In this document: piece by piece, positions 1-9,309 of the stretch | How the letters are laid out: each line of letters starts with the position of its first letter | How positions within the stretch are numbered: the first letter of the stretch is position 1 | NCBI GenBank assembly: GCA_963848085.1 | Contig: CAWKCE010000003.1 | Coordinates: 999,300 to 1,063,299, forward strand | Direction: 5' to 3' | Length of the DNA stretch: 64,000 nucleotides | DNA from: an uncultured Actinomycetota bacterium | Lineage (GTDB): Bacteria; Actinomycetota; Actinomycetes; JAHEKZ01 | Made by a program: the position numbers and the translations under genes | Notes under the pieces: model-generated | Databases searched by the model: none | The model's input: only the letters and a program-made list of their open reading frames with translations | What the model was told of the DNA's origin: nothing

Positions 1-1
1 A

Positions 2-550
2 GACGACGTCACCGTGCGTGGCGTCTACGACATCCAGGGCATGCGCGCGGACGCGGACCTGATGATCTGGTGGCATGCCGGGTCCAGCGACGCCCTGCAG
101 GACGCCTACGCGTCCTTCCGCAGGACCTCGCTCGGCCGACACTGCGAGCCGGCCTGGTCGGCAATGGCTCTGCACCGCCCAGCGGAGTTCAACCGCAGCC
201 ACGTCCCGGCGTTCCTTGCTGACGAGGAGCCGAAGGCTTACGTGTGTGTCTACCCGTTCGTGCGATCGTTGGAGTGGTATGTCCTGCCCGAGGACGACCG
301 GCGCGCCATGCTGGCTGAGCACGGCCAGATGGGGCGGGACTACGCCGACGTCCGGGCAAACACCGTCGCCGCTTTCGCTCTCGGCGACTACGAATGGGTC
401 TTGGCCTTCGAGGCCGACGAACTGCACCGGATTGTCGATCTCATGAGGCATCTGAGGGCATCGCGGGCCCGCCTCCACGTGCGCGAGGAGCTGCCGTTCC
501 ACACCGGACGACGCCGTTCCGTGGCCGACATCGTGGCATCCCTGCCCTGA
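2..550 (+). CDS. chdC: Coproheme decarboxylase / H2O2-dependent heme synthase (ChdC/HemQ, chlorite-dismutase family), N-terminus cut by window edge
   Basis: Frame is open from base 2. The C-terminal ~180 aa ([37 protein letters not shown]) fits the actinobacterial HemQ/ChdC pattern. Confidence 0.8.
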   Translation, partial: DDVTVRGVYDIQGMRADADLMIWWHAGSSDALQDAYASFRRTSLGRHCEPAWSAMALHRPAEFNRSHVPAFLADEEPKAYVCVYPFVRSLEWYVLPEDDRRAMLAEHGQMGRDYADVRANTVAAFALGDYEWVLAFEADELHRIVDLMRHLRASRARLHVREELPFHTGRRRSVADIVASLP

Positions 551-599
551 CCGGTGGTGCGGCGATAGCCTCGAACCACGAGCCACGAGGGAGGTCGCC

Positions 600-1139
600 A
601 TGGCGAACCCGGTGATCGTCGTTGGGACGTACGACAACCGGCACCGCGCCGAGATCGACTACGAGAACATCGCCAAGAACCGCGAGGAGCTCTGGCACGA
701 ACGGATCTACGCGCTCGCGCTCGTGGAGCGGACGTCGGCGGGCAAGGTCAAGGTGGTCAACCACCTTGAGCCCGACAGCGACGTCGGTGGCATCGCCGGC
801 ACCGTGGTCGGGGGCCTGCTGGGCTTGTTCTATCCGCCGATCATTCTGGTCACCGCCGCCGCCGGGGGAGGCGCGGCCAGAGCAGCGGCACACCTGTGGC
901 ACGGAGTGTCCCGCAAGGACATCGCCGAGCTCGGCTCCGCGTTGGACGCCGGCGAGGGCGGCGTCCTCGTGCTTGCGGCCCGCTTGCCGGACGACGTGAC
1001 CAGCGTGCTTCCGCACGCCACCCAGGTGGTGCACCGCACGATGAGCCACAAGCATGCCGACATCGAGGCGTTGATCACCGAGCTCGGTGAGCGCTCTGAC
1101 GCCGCGGCAGAACCGGAGAGCCCAGCCGGCGGCGGGTGA
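600..1139 (+). CDS. DUF1269-like membrane protein (glycine-zipper segment)
   Basis: 179-aa ORF with a central Gly-rich hydrophobic stretch (GGIAGTVVGGLLGLFYPPIILVTAAAGGG). Family assignment is from memory only. Confidence 0.45.
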   Translation: MANPVIVVGTYDNRHRAEIDYENIAKNREELWHERIYALALVERTSAGKVKVVNHLEPDSDVGGIAGTVVGGLLGLFYPPIILVTAAAGGGAARAAAHLWHGVSRKDIAELGSALDAGEGGVLVLAARLPDDVTSVLPHATQVVHRTMSHKHADIEALITELGERSDAAAEPESPAGGG

Positions 1140-1141
1140 CG

Positions 1142-1588
1142 TCAGCTGGCCTCGGCGACTGACCCGGTGTCGGTGCCTTCCGGTGCGTCTTCGGCCTCCA
1201 GCGTCAGGCTCACGCTGTTGATGCACCAGCGTTGGTCAGTCGGCACGTCGTAGCCCTCGCCGTCAAAGACGTGTCCCAGGTGCGAGCCGCAGCTGGCACA
1301 GCGGGCTTCGGTGCGCACCATGCCGAGCGAGTAGTCGGGGATCAGCTCCACTGCATCGTCGCGGCTCGGTTGGTAGAACGACGGCCAGCCGCAGTGGCTG
1401 TCGAACTTCGCGGCCGACCGGAACAGCTCCTGGCCACAAGCGCGGCACTTGTAGATCCCCACTGTCGTGGTCTCCACGTGCTCTCCGGTCCACGGTGGCT
1501 CGGTACCGCCCTGGCGCAGGACGCGGTACTCGGCTGGCGAGAGCCGGTCCCGCCACTCCTGCTCGCTCCGGCTGACGTCGTTGTTCAT
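1142..1588 (-). CDS. msrB: Peptide-methionine (R)-S-oxide reductase MsrB
   Basis: Two CxxC zinc motifs (CRACGQEL, CASCGSHLGHVF), plus GWPSF and RWCINS signatures. Length 148 aa. Confidence 0.9.
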   Translation of the reverse strand: MNNDVSRSEQEWRDRLSPAEYRVLRQGGTEPPWTGEHVETTTVGIYKCRACGQELFRSAAKFDSHCGWPSFYQPSRDDAVELIPDYSLGMVRTEARCASCGSHLGHVFDGEGYDVPTDQRWCINSVSLTLEAEDAPEGTDTGSVAEAS

Positions 1589-1601
1589 GGCGCAACGTTA
1601 G

Positions 1602-2681
1602 GTGGGAAACGGCGATACGGCTATGGCTCGGTATTACGGTTCACGAATGGCGAGCGAGCGGGTCGACGTGCCGGTGGCGGATCGTGTCCTGTCGGTGTCG
1701 AGTCCCGCTAAGCAGTATTTCCCGGCCCTTGGCGAGGCTGGCCGCAAGATTGCCGTTGTCGAGTACGTGTTGGCGGTGGGCGAGCACCTGCTACGGGCTG
1801 TGGCACATCGTCCGACGTATCTCCAGCGGTTTCCGGATGGGATCGCCGGTGAGGAGGTCTACCAGAAGCGGCTGCCCCCGCGGGCGCCGGAATGGCTGGC
1901 TCGCCGCACGGTCACGTTCCCGAGCCGACGGTCCGCCGAGGCGCTGTCGCCGACCTCCGTCGCCGACCTGGTGTGGGCGGTCCAAATGGGGACCATCACC
2001 TTTCACCCGTGGCCGTCCCGTGACCCGGACGTCGAACATCCGGACCGGATGCGCATCGACCTCGACCCGCAGCCGGGCACGTCGTTCGCCGATGCCCGTG
2101 AGGTCGCAATTGACGTTCTCCGCCCGCTTCTGGGCGAGGTCGGGCTGGTCGGCTTTCCCAAGACGTCGGGGGGTCGGGGTATCCACGTCGACGTCCCGAT
2201 CCACCAGGGCTGGACGTTCGTGCAGTCGAGGCGCTGCGTGCTGGCGATAGCGCGCGAGATGGAGCGTCGCGACCCGGCCCGTGTCACCTCGGCCTGGTGG
2301 AAGGAGGAGCGGGGGAGCCGCATCTTCATCGACTTCAACCAGATGCTGCGTGACCGGACCATCGCGGCCGCCTACAGCCTGCGTGCTACCCCAGGGGCAA
2401 CGGTCTCCACCCCGGTCACTTGGGACGAGCTCGCTGATGTCACCACTGAAGACTTCGACATCCGGACCGTTCCCGAGCGGATGAAGAGACATCCCGACCC
2501 GCAGCGGTCGATGGACTCGGTGGCCGGTTCGCTGGAGCCGCTGCTCGAGTGGGTCGCGAAGGACGAACGCGACGGCATCGCTGAGGCGCCTTACCCGCCC
2601 AACTACCCGAAGATGCCCGGGGAGCCGCCCAGGGTGCAGCCGAGTCGTGCCAAGCGTGTCCCCGAGGACGAGTCGGGCTGA
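1602..2681 (+). CDS. Stand-alone LigD-type primase-polymerase domain protein (NHEJ / Prim-Pol)
   Basis: ITFHPWPSR, MRIDLDPQPG and FPKTSGGRGIHVDVPI motifs are typical of the LigD polymerase domain. Start is uncertain (GTG 1602, ATG 1623 or ATG 1647). Confidence 0.85.
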   Translation: MGNGDTAMARYYGSRMASERVDVPVADRVLSVSSPAKQYFPALGEAGRKIAVVEYVLAVGEHLLRAVAHRPTYLQRFPDGIAGEEVYQKRLPPRAPEWLARRTVTFPSRRSAEALSPTSVADLVWAVQMGTITFHPWPSRDPDVEHPDRMRIDLDPQPGTSFADAREVAIDVLRPLLGEVGLVGFPKTSGGRGIHVDVPIHQGWTFVQSRRCVLAIAREMERRDPARVTSAWWKEERGSRIFIDFNQMLRDRTIAAAYSLRATPGATVSTPVTWDELADVTTEDFDIRTVPERMKRHPDPQRSMDSVAGSLEPLLEWVAKDERDGIAEAPYPPNYPKMPGEPPRVQPSRAKRVPEDESG

Positions 2682-2700
2682 CCGAATCGACCAGGGCGGC

Positions 2701-3195
2701 TCAGGAGGAGACGGCGTGCACGCGCAGCGCCGAGACCCTGAACTTGCGCTGGATTCGCGCCGCAAGGTCCGTGTGCAGTGCACCGCTGAGCGAGTGGTGG
2801 TCAACGACGACGATGACCTCGTCGATGGACTTGGCGGCGACGATGTCCCCGACGGTCTCGAGCGGGTGGCTCGGCGTCACCTCACCGGTGGCCGTCGCGC
2901 CGGTGTCGGTCAAGGACTTCACGACGTCGGCGAGTACCGCCTCGGCGTCACCGAGGGCCACGTCTGCCGGATCCACCTGCTGGGTCGCGAGGCGGATCGA
3001 CTCCTCGCCCCGGGATGCTGCGACGTCCATTTCCAGGTTGTCGATCACGGACTGGGTCGACCGACTGGTGGCCCCGACCGGAACGGCGACGTAGAACGCC
3101 AGAGTGGTCGGCTCGGAGCCGCTGGCGGCGACCACCTCCGACACGTCGGCACCAGACAGCCGGTGCTCGGTGATGATCAAGATCGAGGTAGTCAC
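2701..3195 (-). CDS. Hypothetical protein, paralog A of 3861..4370 (possible USP-like alpha/beta fold)
   Basis: 164 aa. Shares with 3861..4370 the layout MTT..L(I/V)(I/L)TE..L(S/T)..DV at the N-terminus and G(E)..P.HP.E.V....(I/V)DEVI(V/I)(V/I) near the C-terminus. The fold guess is an inference. Confidence 0.45.
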   Translation of the reverse strand: MTTSILIITEHRLSGADVSEVVAASGSEPTTLAFYVAVPVGATSRSTQSVIDNLEMDVAASRGEESIRLATQQVDPADVALGDAEAVLADVVKSLTDTGATATGEVTPSHPLETVGDIVAAKSIDEVIVVVDHHSLSGALHTDLAARIQRKFRVSALRVHAVSS

Positions 3196-3273
3196 GTCGC
3201 TTCTCCTTGCCGGTGGTCCGTGCTGGCGAAGTCAAGCACATGCGCCGTCACGGTGAGGGCGGAGCGACCATCC

Positions 3274-3690
3274 TCACCGACGGTAAGTCAGGTCGACCTG
3301 CTCACCTCGCGCCCACCCGATGCAGACGTCCGACGTGCACGGCCCCACGGTGGAGACGAACAGGAAGGCGCTGCCCGGGTGGAAACGGCCCCGGGAGGGC
3401 ACGAGCTCGGCGGCCCGCCGCCGAGCGTGGCCATCGCACGACACTCGGCCCCCTGCCCGGTCCTTCCGCACCTTGTCCGTCGAGCCGACGTTCTGCTCCA
3501 CGCCGACGGTCCAGCGCATGAACCCGCCGCCGTCGCATCGCGCGCGGATGGCGACCAACACGGCGCCGCGCGACATCTCGACTGACACCACTCGGAGCTG
3601 GCTGCCAGACCCCCCGCCGACTGCCGACGCCGGTACGGCCACGGCCATCGTCGCGACGATCGTGACCGCCGCCAGCAGCCGTCGCAGCAT
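3274..3690 (-). CDS. Small secreted hypothetical protein with four Cys
   Basis: N-terminal signal-peptide-like MLRRLLAAVTIVATMAVAVPASA, followed by a 115-aa body with 4 cysteines. No family recognised. Confidence 0.45.
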   Translation of the reverse strand: MLRRLLAAVTIVATMAVAVPASAVGGGSGSQLRVVSVEMSRGAVLVAIRARCDGGGFMRWTVGVEQNVGSTDKVRKDRAGGRVSCDGHARRRAAELVPSRGRFHPGSAFLFVSTVGPCTSDVCIGWARGEQVDLTYRR

Positions 3691-3860
3691 GGTTCCCCCG
3701 AGAGTCGTGTGCTTGCCCCGCCGGCCACGCTACGGGCGCGTGTCCGTTCCGTCCGGCCCGAGCGGGAAACGGCCCCCTGGGAGAGGCGACGATTCACCCA
3801 TTCGTCGGAATCTGGCCCCTCGACGCGCCGGTGTGGCGCCGGCCCAGGCGCCGCTCACAC

Positions 3861-4370
3861 TCAGTTGACGACGCGGTCCGTACCGGCGATGAAGTGAAGG
3901 ACTGGACGCTCATGGTCCGCCGCCTTCAACCGGTGCCGCACCTGGGTCGCCCAGTCCCGGCGGAGGGCGTCGGTCACCAGATGCGGCTCGGTGATCACGA
4001 TGACCTCGTCGACGTCGTGCTCGGCGGCCAGTTGGGCGACCCGCTCGGCCGGGTGGTCGGGCACCAGCTCACCCCGTGCCGAGATGCCGGCCCTCGTCAG
4101 CAGCGCGACGGACGTGTCGAGGTGCGACTTGGCGGTGATCACGGCTTCGGGCGCGGTCGGCTGGCGACCCTCGACATCGTCCGCGAGCTCGTCCATGTCG
4201 ACCCTCGTGAGGTCGTCGACCACCTGGTCGAGCACGGACTGGTCAGTCCCCGACGGAACGACGACCACCGCGCTGACCGCGTCAGGGTCGTGGAGCTGGC
4301 TCAGCCGCTGGACGTCGTGGTCGGTGAGGGTGTCCTCGGTCAGGACGAGCATCGTGTACACGGTGGTCAT
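3861..4370 (-). CDS. Hypothetical protein, paralog B of 2701..3195, translationally coupled to the DNA ligase
   Basis: The internal ATG at 4370 (MTTVYTMLVLTEDTL..) overlaps the ligase stop as ATGA (4367-4370). The track ORF start at 4640 would run antisense-free into the ligase gene and is unlikely. Confidence 0.5.
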   Translation of the reverse strand: MTTVYTMLVLTEDTLTDHDVQRLSQLHDPDAVSAVVVVPSGTDQSVLDQVVDDLTRVDMDELADDVEGRQPTAPEAVITAKSHLDTSVALLTRAGISARGELVPDHPAERVAQLAAEHDVDEVIVITEPHLVTDALRRDWATQVRHRLKAADHERPVLHFIAGTDRVVN

Positions 4371-5458
4371 TGTGCCGCATACCCACGCAGGACATCGGCC
4401 AGGCGGTAACCGACGGGACGTTCGAGCTGGGCAAACGTGCAGGAGCTGGCATCGCGGTCGGGCCGCCAGCGTCGGAACTGTGTGGTGTGCCGGAACCGGT
4501 CCCCCTGCAGGTGGTCGTACGCCACCTCGGCCACGAGCGTCGGCCGCAGCGGCACGAAGGTCAAGTTCTTCTTGGCGTTCCATCGGTTGACCGCGCCGGG
4601 CCGGCGTACCTGGGCGGAGTCGGCCTTTTCCGGATCCCACGGGTGCCCTGCGAGATCGATCACGTGAGGTGCCAGCTCCTCGACGAGCTCGGCACGCCGT
4701 GCCATGGGGAAGGACGCGGACACCCCGACATGGTGGAGGCGCCCGCCCTCGTCGTACAGGCCGAGGAGCAGCGAGCCGACGATCCCGCCGGACTTGTGCT
4801 CCCGGTAGCCGGCGACCACGCAGTCGGCGGTCCGTTCGTGCTTGATCTTCTTGAGGGCACGCTCTCCGGGCTGGTAGGGGTCAGCCAGTGGCTTGGCCAT
4901 CACCCCATCGAGCCCCGCTCCCTCGAACTGCGTGAACCAGCGTGCGGCCTCGTCGACGTCGCTCGTCGCCGGGGTGAGGTGGAAGGGCGGGCGCACGGTC
5001 TCGAAGGCGGTCTCCAGCCTTGCGCGCCGCTCCCGGAACGGGCGGCCGGTGAGGTCCTCGTCACCAAGGGCCAGCAGGTCGAACGCGACGTAGGACGCGG
5101 GGATCTCACCCGCGAGCAGCTGGACGCGCGAGTCGGCCGGGTGAATGCGGTCGAGCAGCCGCTCGAACTGCAGGTGGTCGCCCTGGACGACGACCAGCTC
5201 GCCGTCGAGGACGATTCGTTCCGGGAGGCCGGCGGTCGCCGCAGCCAGGACCTCGGGGAAGTACCGCGTGAGCGGCTCACTGCGACCGCCGAGGTGGACA
5301 TCGTCGCCGTTGCGATGCAGCAGGCACCGGAAGCCGTCCCACTTTGGCTCGTAGAGAAGCCCTCCGTCGACCGAGTCGGCGGCGGGGATCTTCCGCGAGG
5401 CCTTCGCGAGCATCGGTGCGACCGGCGGAGGAACCGGCAGATCAGCGACGGTGGTCAT
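4367..5458 (-). CDS. ATP-dependent DNA ligase (ligase-only, LigC/LigD-ligase type)
   Basis: Adenylation motif EPKWDGFRC, plus LDGELVV, GLDGVMAKP and KIKHERTADCVV motifs. ATG 5458 overlaps the upstream stop as ATGA. Confidence 0.85.
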   Translation of the reverse strand: MTTVADLPVPPPVAPMLAKASRKIPAADSVDGGLLYEPKWDGFRCLLHRNGDDVHLGGRSEPLTRYFPEVLAAATAGLPERIVLDGELVVVQGDHLQFERLLDRIHPADSRVQLLAGEIPASYVAFDLLALGDEDLTGRPFRERRARLETAFETVRPPFHLTPATSDVDEAARWFTQFEGAGLDGVMAKPLADPYQPGERALKKIKHERTADCVVAGYREHKSGGIVGSLLLGLYDEGGRLHHVGVSASFPMARRAELVEELAPHVIDLAGHPWDPEKADSAQVRRPGAVNRWNAKKNLTFVPLRPTLVAEVAYDHLQGDRFRHTTQFRRWRPDRDASSCTFAQLERPVGYRLADVLRGYAAQ

Positions 5459-6183
5459 GTCCGGTCCCGGAGGTAGTGGGCGAACAGAGTGCCGTCCGAC
5501 TCCAGGAGGCCGCGAGGCCGCCACCTGGACATCAGCGGCCGCGTACTTCGGGCGATTCGCCCGGCGTCACCACCCACCACGAGTGGTGCCAGGGATAGGG
5601 CCAGCTCGTCGAGAAGGTCGACCGACGCCAGCGAGCCGAGCAACGACGGCCCGCCCTCGGTGAGCACGCAGAGCAGGCCGCGACCGCGCAGCTCGGCCAG
5701 TCCGACGCGCAGGTCGACGTCGGAGTCGCCTGCGACCAGGACCTCGGCGACCTCGGCAAGGGCAGCGCGGCGCCGGGCGTCCGCCGCCTCGCAGGTGAGG
5801 ACCAGGGGCCGGTTCGCGGGGTCGGCGAAGACCCTCGCGCCCGGGTCGAGGTCGGCGCTGCGCGTCACCAGGGCCAGGGCGGGCGCCGGCCGGCTGGACG
5901 GGCGAAACCGGGCCAGCGCAGGGGTGGCCCGAGGCGGGCCGTAGTCCTCGGTGCGGGCCGTCCCAGCCCCGACGAGGACCACGTCGCACAGCGCGCGCAG
6001 CATCGAGAACACCTGCCGGTCGGCGCTACCGGACAACCCCCCCGAGGTGCCGTCGACGCTGACAGCTCCGTCGAGGGAGCTCACCATGTTGGCCCGCACC
6101 GATCCCGCGGGCGGGTAGGCGTAGTGAGCCGCGAGGCCGGCGAGGTCCAGGTCCGCCGCCGGTTCGGGGAGCAGTCGCCGCAT
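5455..6183 (-). CDS. RibD C-terminal domain / dihydrofolate-reductase-family protein (pyrimidine reductase-like)
   Basis: The last 242 aa of the 535-aa track ORF (MRRLLPEP..SLDGAVSVDGTSGGLSG..DRQVFSMLRALCDVVLVGAGT..VLTEGGPSLLGSL) fit the RibD_C pattern. The upstream part of the ORF is antisense to zapE. Confidence 0.7.
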   Translation of the reverse strand: MRRLLPEPAADLDLAGLAAHYAYPPAGSVRANMVSSLDGAVSVDGTSGGLSGSADRQVFSMLRALCDVVLVGAGTARTEDYGPPRATPALARFRPSSRPAPALALVTRSADLDPGARVFADPANRPLVLTCEAADARRRAALAEVAEVLVAGDSDVDLRVGLAELRGRGLLCVLTEGGPSLLGSLASVDLLDELALSLAPLVVGGDAGRIARSTRPLMSRWRPRGLLESDGTLFAHYLRDRT

Positions 6184-6213
6184 CGGTGGATCGTTGCACG
6201 AGCGGCGGGTGAG

Positions 6214-7260
6214 ATGGCGGGAACCACGGCGGTCGTAGGCTCCAGTGCCGTGCCACCTGACCGGCTCGTCGACCGCCATCCGGTGCTCGACCGGTCCCGG
6301 CTGGTGGCCGCGCTCGTGCCTCCGCCGCGGTTCTCGGTAGTCGCCTTCGACACCTTCCTGCCCGACCCCGCTTATCCCTCCCAAGCGGCAGCACTGTCTG
6401 CGGTCGTCGCGTTCGCCGAGCGAGCCGGCCGGCCGACGTCGGCCCGGGGAGGCTGGGGACGGCGCGCCCCCGCACCGCCGGAACACCGCGCGGGGGTATA
6501 CCTCGACGGTGGCTTCGGTGTCGGCAAGACGCACCTGCTGGCGTCCCTGTGGCGAGCGGTCCCTGGCCCGAAGGCTTTCGCTACCTTCGTGGAGCTCACG
6601 AACCTCGTGGGTGCGCTCGGCTTCCAACCGGCAGCCCAGCGCCTGGCGGAGCTGCGGCTGCTCTGCGTCGACGAGTTCGAGCTGGACGACCCGGGCGACA
6701 CGGTCCTGGTGTCCTCGCTGCTGAGCCGGCTGGTCGAGGGTGGCGTCCGACTGGCGGCGACCTCCAACACCCTTCCGGACCGGCTCGGGGAGGGGCGGTT
6801 CGCTGCCGACGACTTCCTGCGGGAGATTCAGCAGCTGGCATCGGCGTTCGATGTGGTCAGAGTCGACGGCGAGGACTACCGGCACCGTGGGGTGCCGCTG
6901 GCACCTCGGCCACTCGGCGACGAGGACCTTTTTCGGGTGGCGGCGTCCTGCTCCGCGGCGACCCTGGACGAATTCTCGGAGCTGATGGCGCACCTCGGCA
7001 CGGTCCACCCGAGCCGATACGGCGCCCTGGTCGACGACGTCCGGCTGGTGTGCCTCCACCACGTCGTGCCCTTGACTGACCAGGCTGCTGCCCTCCGCCT
7101 CGTCATCCTCGCGGACCGCCTCTACGACCGGGACATCCCGGTCGCCGTGTCGGGCTCGTCACTCGACCAGGTGTTCGCCCCGGACATGCTGGCCGGCGGG
7201 TATCGCAAGAAGTACTGGCGCGCACTGTCCCGGCTGGTGGCGCTGTCCCGATGGGACTGA
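6214..7260 (+). CDS. zapE: Cell division protein ZapE (AFG1-like ATPase)
   Basis: Walker A GGFGVGKTHLL, Walker B LLCVDEFELDD, and AFG1-family length. Start taken at ATG 6214, just outside the divergent gene. Confidence 0.8.
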   Translation: MAGTTAVVGSSAVPPDRLVDRHPVLDRSRLVAALVPPPRFSVVAFDTFLPDPAYPSQAAALSAVVAFAERAGRPTSARGGWGRRAPAPPEHRAGVYLDGGFGVGKTHLLASLWRAVPGPKAFATFVELTNLVGALGFQPAAQRLAELRLLCVDEFELDDPGDTVLVSSLLSRLVEGGVRLAATSNTLPDRLGEGRFAADDFLREIQQLASAFDVVRVDGEDYRHRGVPLAPRPLGDEDLFRVAASCSAATLDEFSELMAHLGTVHPSRYGALVDDVRLVCLHHVVPLTDQAAALRLVILADRLYDRDIPVAVSGSSLDQVFAPDMLAGGYRKKYWRALSRLVALSRWD

Positions 7261-7343
7261 CACGGGATGAGCCGTCCCCCGTTTGCCCGGTCGGCAGGCG
7301 GGGTGGCGGCACGGCATGATGGTGCCAACCTGAAAGGACCGAC

Positions 7344-9011
7344 ATGACGCAACGCAGCCCTGAATCAGCGAGCGACCGGGACCCGACTGACACGTCCGCC
7401 GGCTCCCCGGCCGACGAGTCAGCTGTGCCCGCGCCGGCGAAGAAGGCGGCGGCCCGCAAGACGACTGCGAAGAAAACAACTGCTCGTCAGGCGGCTGCGA
7501 AGAAGACAACTGCTCGTCAGGCGGCTGCGACGAGGACGACCGTGAGGAAGGCGACCGTCAAGAAGGCGGCGGCCCGCAAGACGACTGCGAGGAAGCCGAT
7601 CGAGATCGGGTCGACCCACCGCCGGCACCCGTACCGGACCCTCGACGAGCGGATCGCGCGGGGGCTGGAGTGGCGCGAGGCGGCCCCCCTGGAGGAGCAG
7701 GACCGCTTCGACCCCAGCCAGTCGCGCCCGTCGGCACTGGGCATGCTCCGGGCGCAGGACGACAGCCGGGTCGCCGACCTCATCCCCATCAGGTACGGCC
7801 GGATGGGCGCCTCACCGTTCGCGTTCTACCGGGGGTCGGCCGCCGTCATGGCCTACGACCTTGCCCAGGAGGCGCGCACACCTGGCCACACCCAGATCTG
7901 CGGCGACGCGCATCTGTCGAACTTCGGGTTCTTCGCCTCCCCAGAACGTGACCTGGTGTTCGACGTCAACGACTTCGACGAGACTCTCCCCGGGCCGTTC
8001 GAGTGGGACGTCAAGCGGCTGACGGCTTCGGTCGTGCTGGCGGCGCGCAGCCGCGACTTCAGCCGGAAGCAGGCCAAGGCGGCGGCGGTCGAGGTGGCCG
8101 AGGGCTACCGCACCGTCATCCAACAACTCGCGGCCAGCCGGAACATGGACGTTTGGTACACCAAGGTCGATGCCAGCCTCATCAGGGAAGGCGTCCTGCG
8201 GCTGGCGACGGCCGAGGGGGACAAGAAGTTCGTCAAGCGAGCCGAATCGCGGCTCGAGGGGATCTTCGCCAAGTCGCGGGGGAAGACGTCCCTCAGGGCG
8301 GCGGACAAGCTGACCACAGTGGTGGACGGGGCAAGGCAGTTCCGGGAGAACCCGCCGCTTCTCACACACGACATCAAGGCCGGTGCAACCCCGGCGCAGG
8401 TCGAGGATCTTTTCGTCCAGTACAAGCGGACTATGGAGAGCGACCGACGCCGGCTCATCGAGCGGTACCGGTTCCGCGACCTGGCCTTCAAGGTGGTCGG
8501 GGTGGGGAGCGTCGGGACCCGGGCGCTGGTGCTCCTCCTGGAGGGCAGGGACATGAACGACCCCCTGATCCTGCAGGCCAAGGAAGCGCAGGCGTCGGTT
8601 CTCGAGCCCTACCTGGGAGCCAGCCGTCAGGAGAACCACGGCGAACGCGTTGTCCACGGTCAGCGATACATGCAGGCCTTCAGTGACATCTTCTTGGGCT
8701 GGGTGCGCACGAGTCGTGGCCGCGACTTCTACCTCCGGCAGCTCCACGACATGAAGGGCAGCGTCGAGGTGGACACCCTGCGGCCGGAGGGGCTGAAGGC
8801 GTACGCCCGGATCTGCGGAGTCACGCTGGCGAGGGCGCATGCCCGTGGCGGGGACGTGGTGGCGATCTCGTCGTACCTGGGGGAGACCGACAAGTTCGCC
8901 AAAGCGGTGGCGCGGTTCGGCGAGGCCTACGCCGACCAGGCAGAGAAGGACTACGCCGAGCTGCAAGCCGCGATCGCTGATGGGTCGGTGCCCGTAGAGA
9001 CCGGGATCTGA
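7344..9011 (+). CDS. DUF2252 domain protein with Lys/Ala/Thr-rich repeat N-terminus
   Basis: Core ASPFAFYRGSAAVM..CGDAHLSNFGFFASPERDLVFDVNDFDETLPGPFEWDVKRL matches the DUF2252 pattern from memory. The N-terminal 85 aa are basic repeats. Confidence 0.8.
   Translation: MTQRSPESASDRDPTDTSAGSPADESAVPAPAKKAAARKTTAKKTTARQAAAKKTTARQAAATRTTVRKATVKKAAARKTTARKPIEIGSTHRRHPYRTLDERIARGLEWREAAPLEEQDRFDPSQSRPSALGMLRAQDDSRVADLIPIRYGRMGASPFAFYRGSAAVMAYDLAQEARTPGHTQICGDAHLSNFGFFASPERDLVFDVNDFDETLPGPFEWDVKRLTASVVLAARSRDFSRKQAKAAAVEVAEGYRTVIQQLAASRNMDVWYTKVDASLIREGVLRLATAEGDKKFVKRAESRLEGIFAKSRGKTSLRAADKLTTVVDGARQFRENPPLLTHDIKAGATPAQVEDLFVQYKRTMESDRRRLIERYRFRDLAFKVVGVGSVGTRALVLLLEGRDMNDPLILQAKEAQASVLEPYLGASRQENHGERVVHGQRYMQAFSDIFLGWVRTSRGRDFYLRQLHDMKGSVEVDTLRPEGLKAYARICGVTLARAHARGGDVVAISSYLGETDKFAKAVARFGEAYADQAEKDYAELQAAIADGSVPVETGI
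7440..7589 (+). repeat. Five in-frame 30-nt (10-aa) tandem units, KKAAARKTTA / KKTTARQAAA x2 / TRTTVRKATV / KKAAARKTTA
   Basis: Units 1 and 5 (7440-7469 and 7560-7589) are identical. Units 2 and 3 differ at one base. Read directly from the sequence. Confidence 0.9.
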
Positions 9012-9049
9012 CGCCCGCGGAACGGTCCGGCGCGCGTTGGATCGAGTGG

Positions 9050-9073
9050 TGGTGGGCGATACCGGGCTTGAAC
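9050..9073 (-). pseudogene. Remnant of a tRNA-Val 3' end (acceptor + T-arm), not foldable as a tRNA
   Basis: tggtgggcgataccgggcttgaac matches 22 of 24 nt of the 3' end of the intact tRNA-Val(GAC) at 10160-10183. The first 13 nt are identical. The T-stem is broken. Confidence 0.5.
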
Positions 9074-9309
9074 GTGGGATGACCACTTCAGAACCTCGTG
9101 AGCCAAGCGGCGAGATGCTTGCCCGGCAGCCTCCTTGGTTTCGCGACGCCCTTCGTGCGGGTTGGTGATAAACGCGGCAACGACAGCTCGATGACCCATC
9201 ACCGAGGTGGGCAGTCGCACCTCCCCGATGCATATCCGCAATTCGGTCCGATGACTGCCGATGCTCCGTCGATCCGCCGAGTGACGGCTCAGGCTGCCAT
9301 GATCGTCGG

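Noticed and set aside
7440-7589. Regularly spaced 30-nt repeats, and those at 48960..49055 and 40051..40090, considered as a CRISPR-like or minisatellite array.
   Set aside because: They are contiguous with no spacers, in frame inside coding regions, and encode peptide repeats. No cas genes are present.
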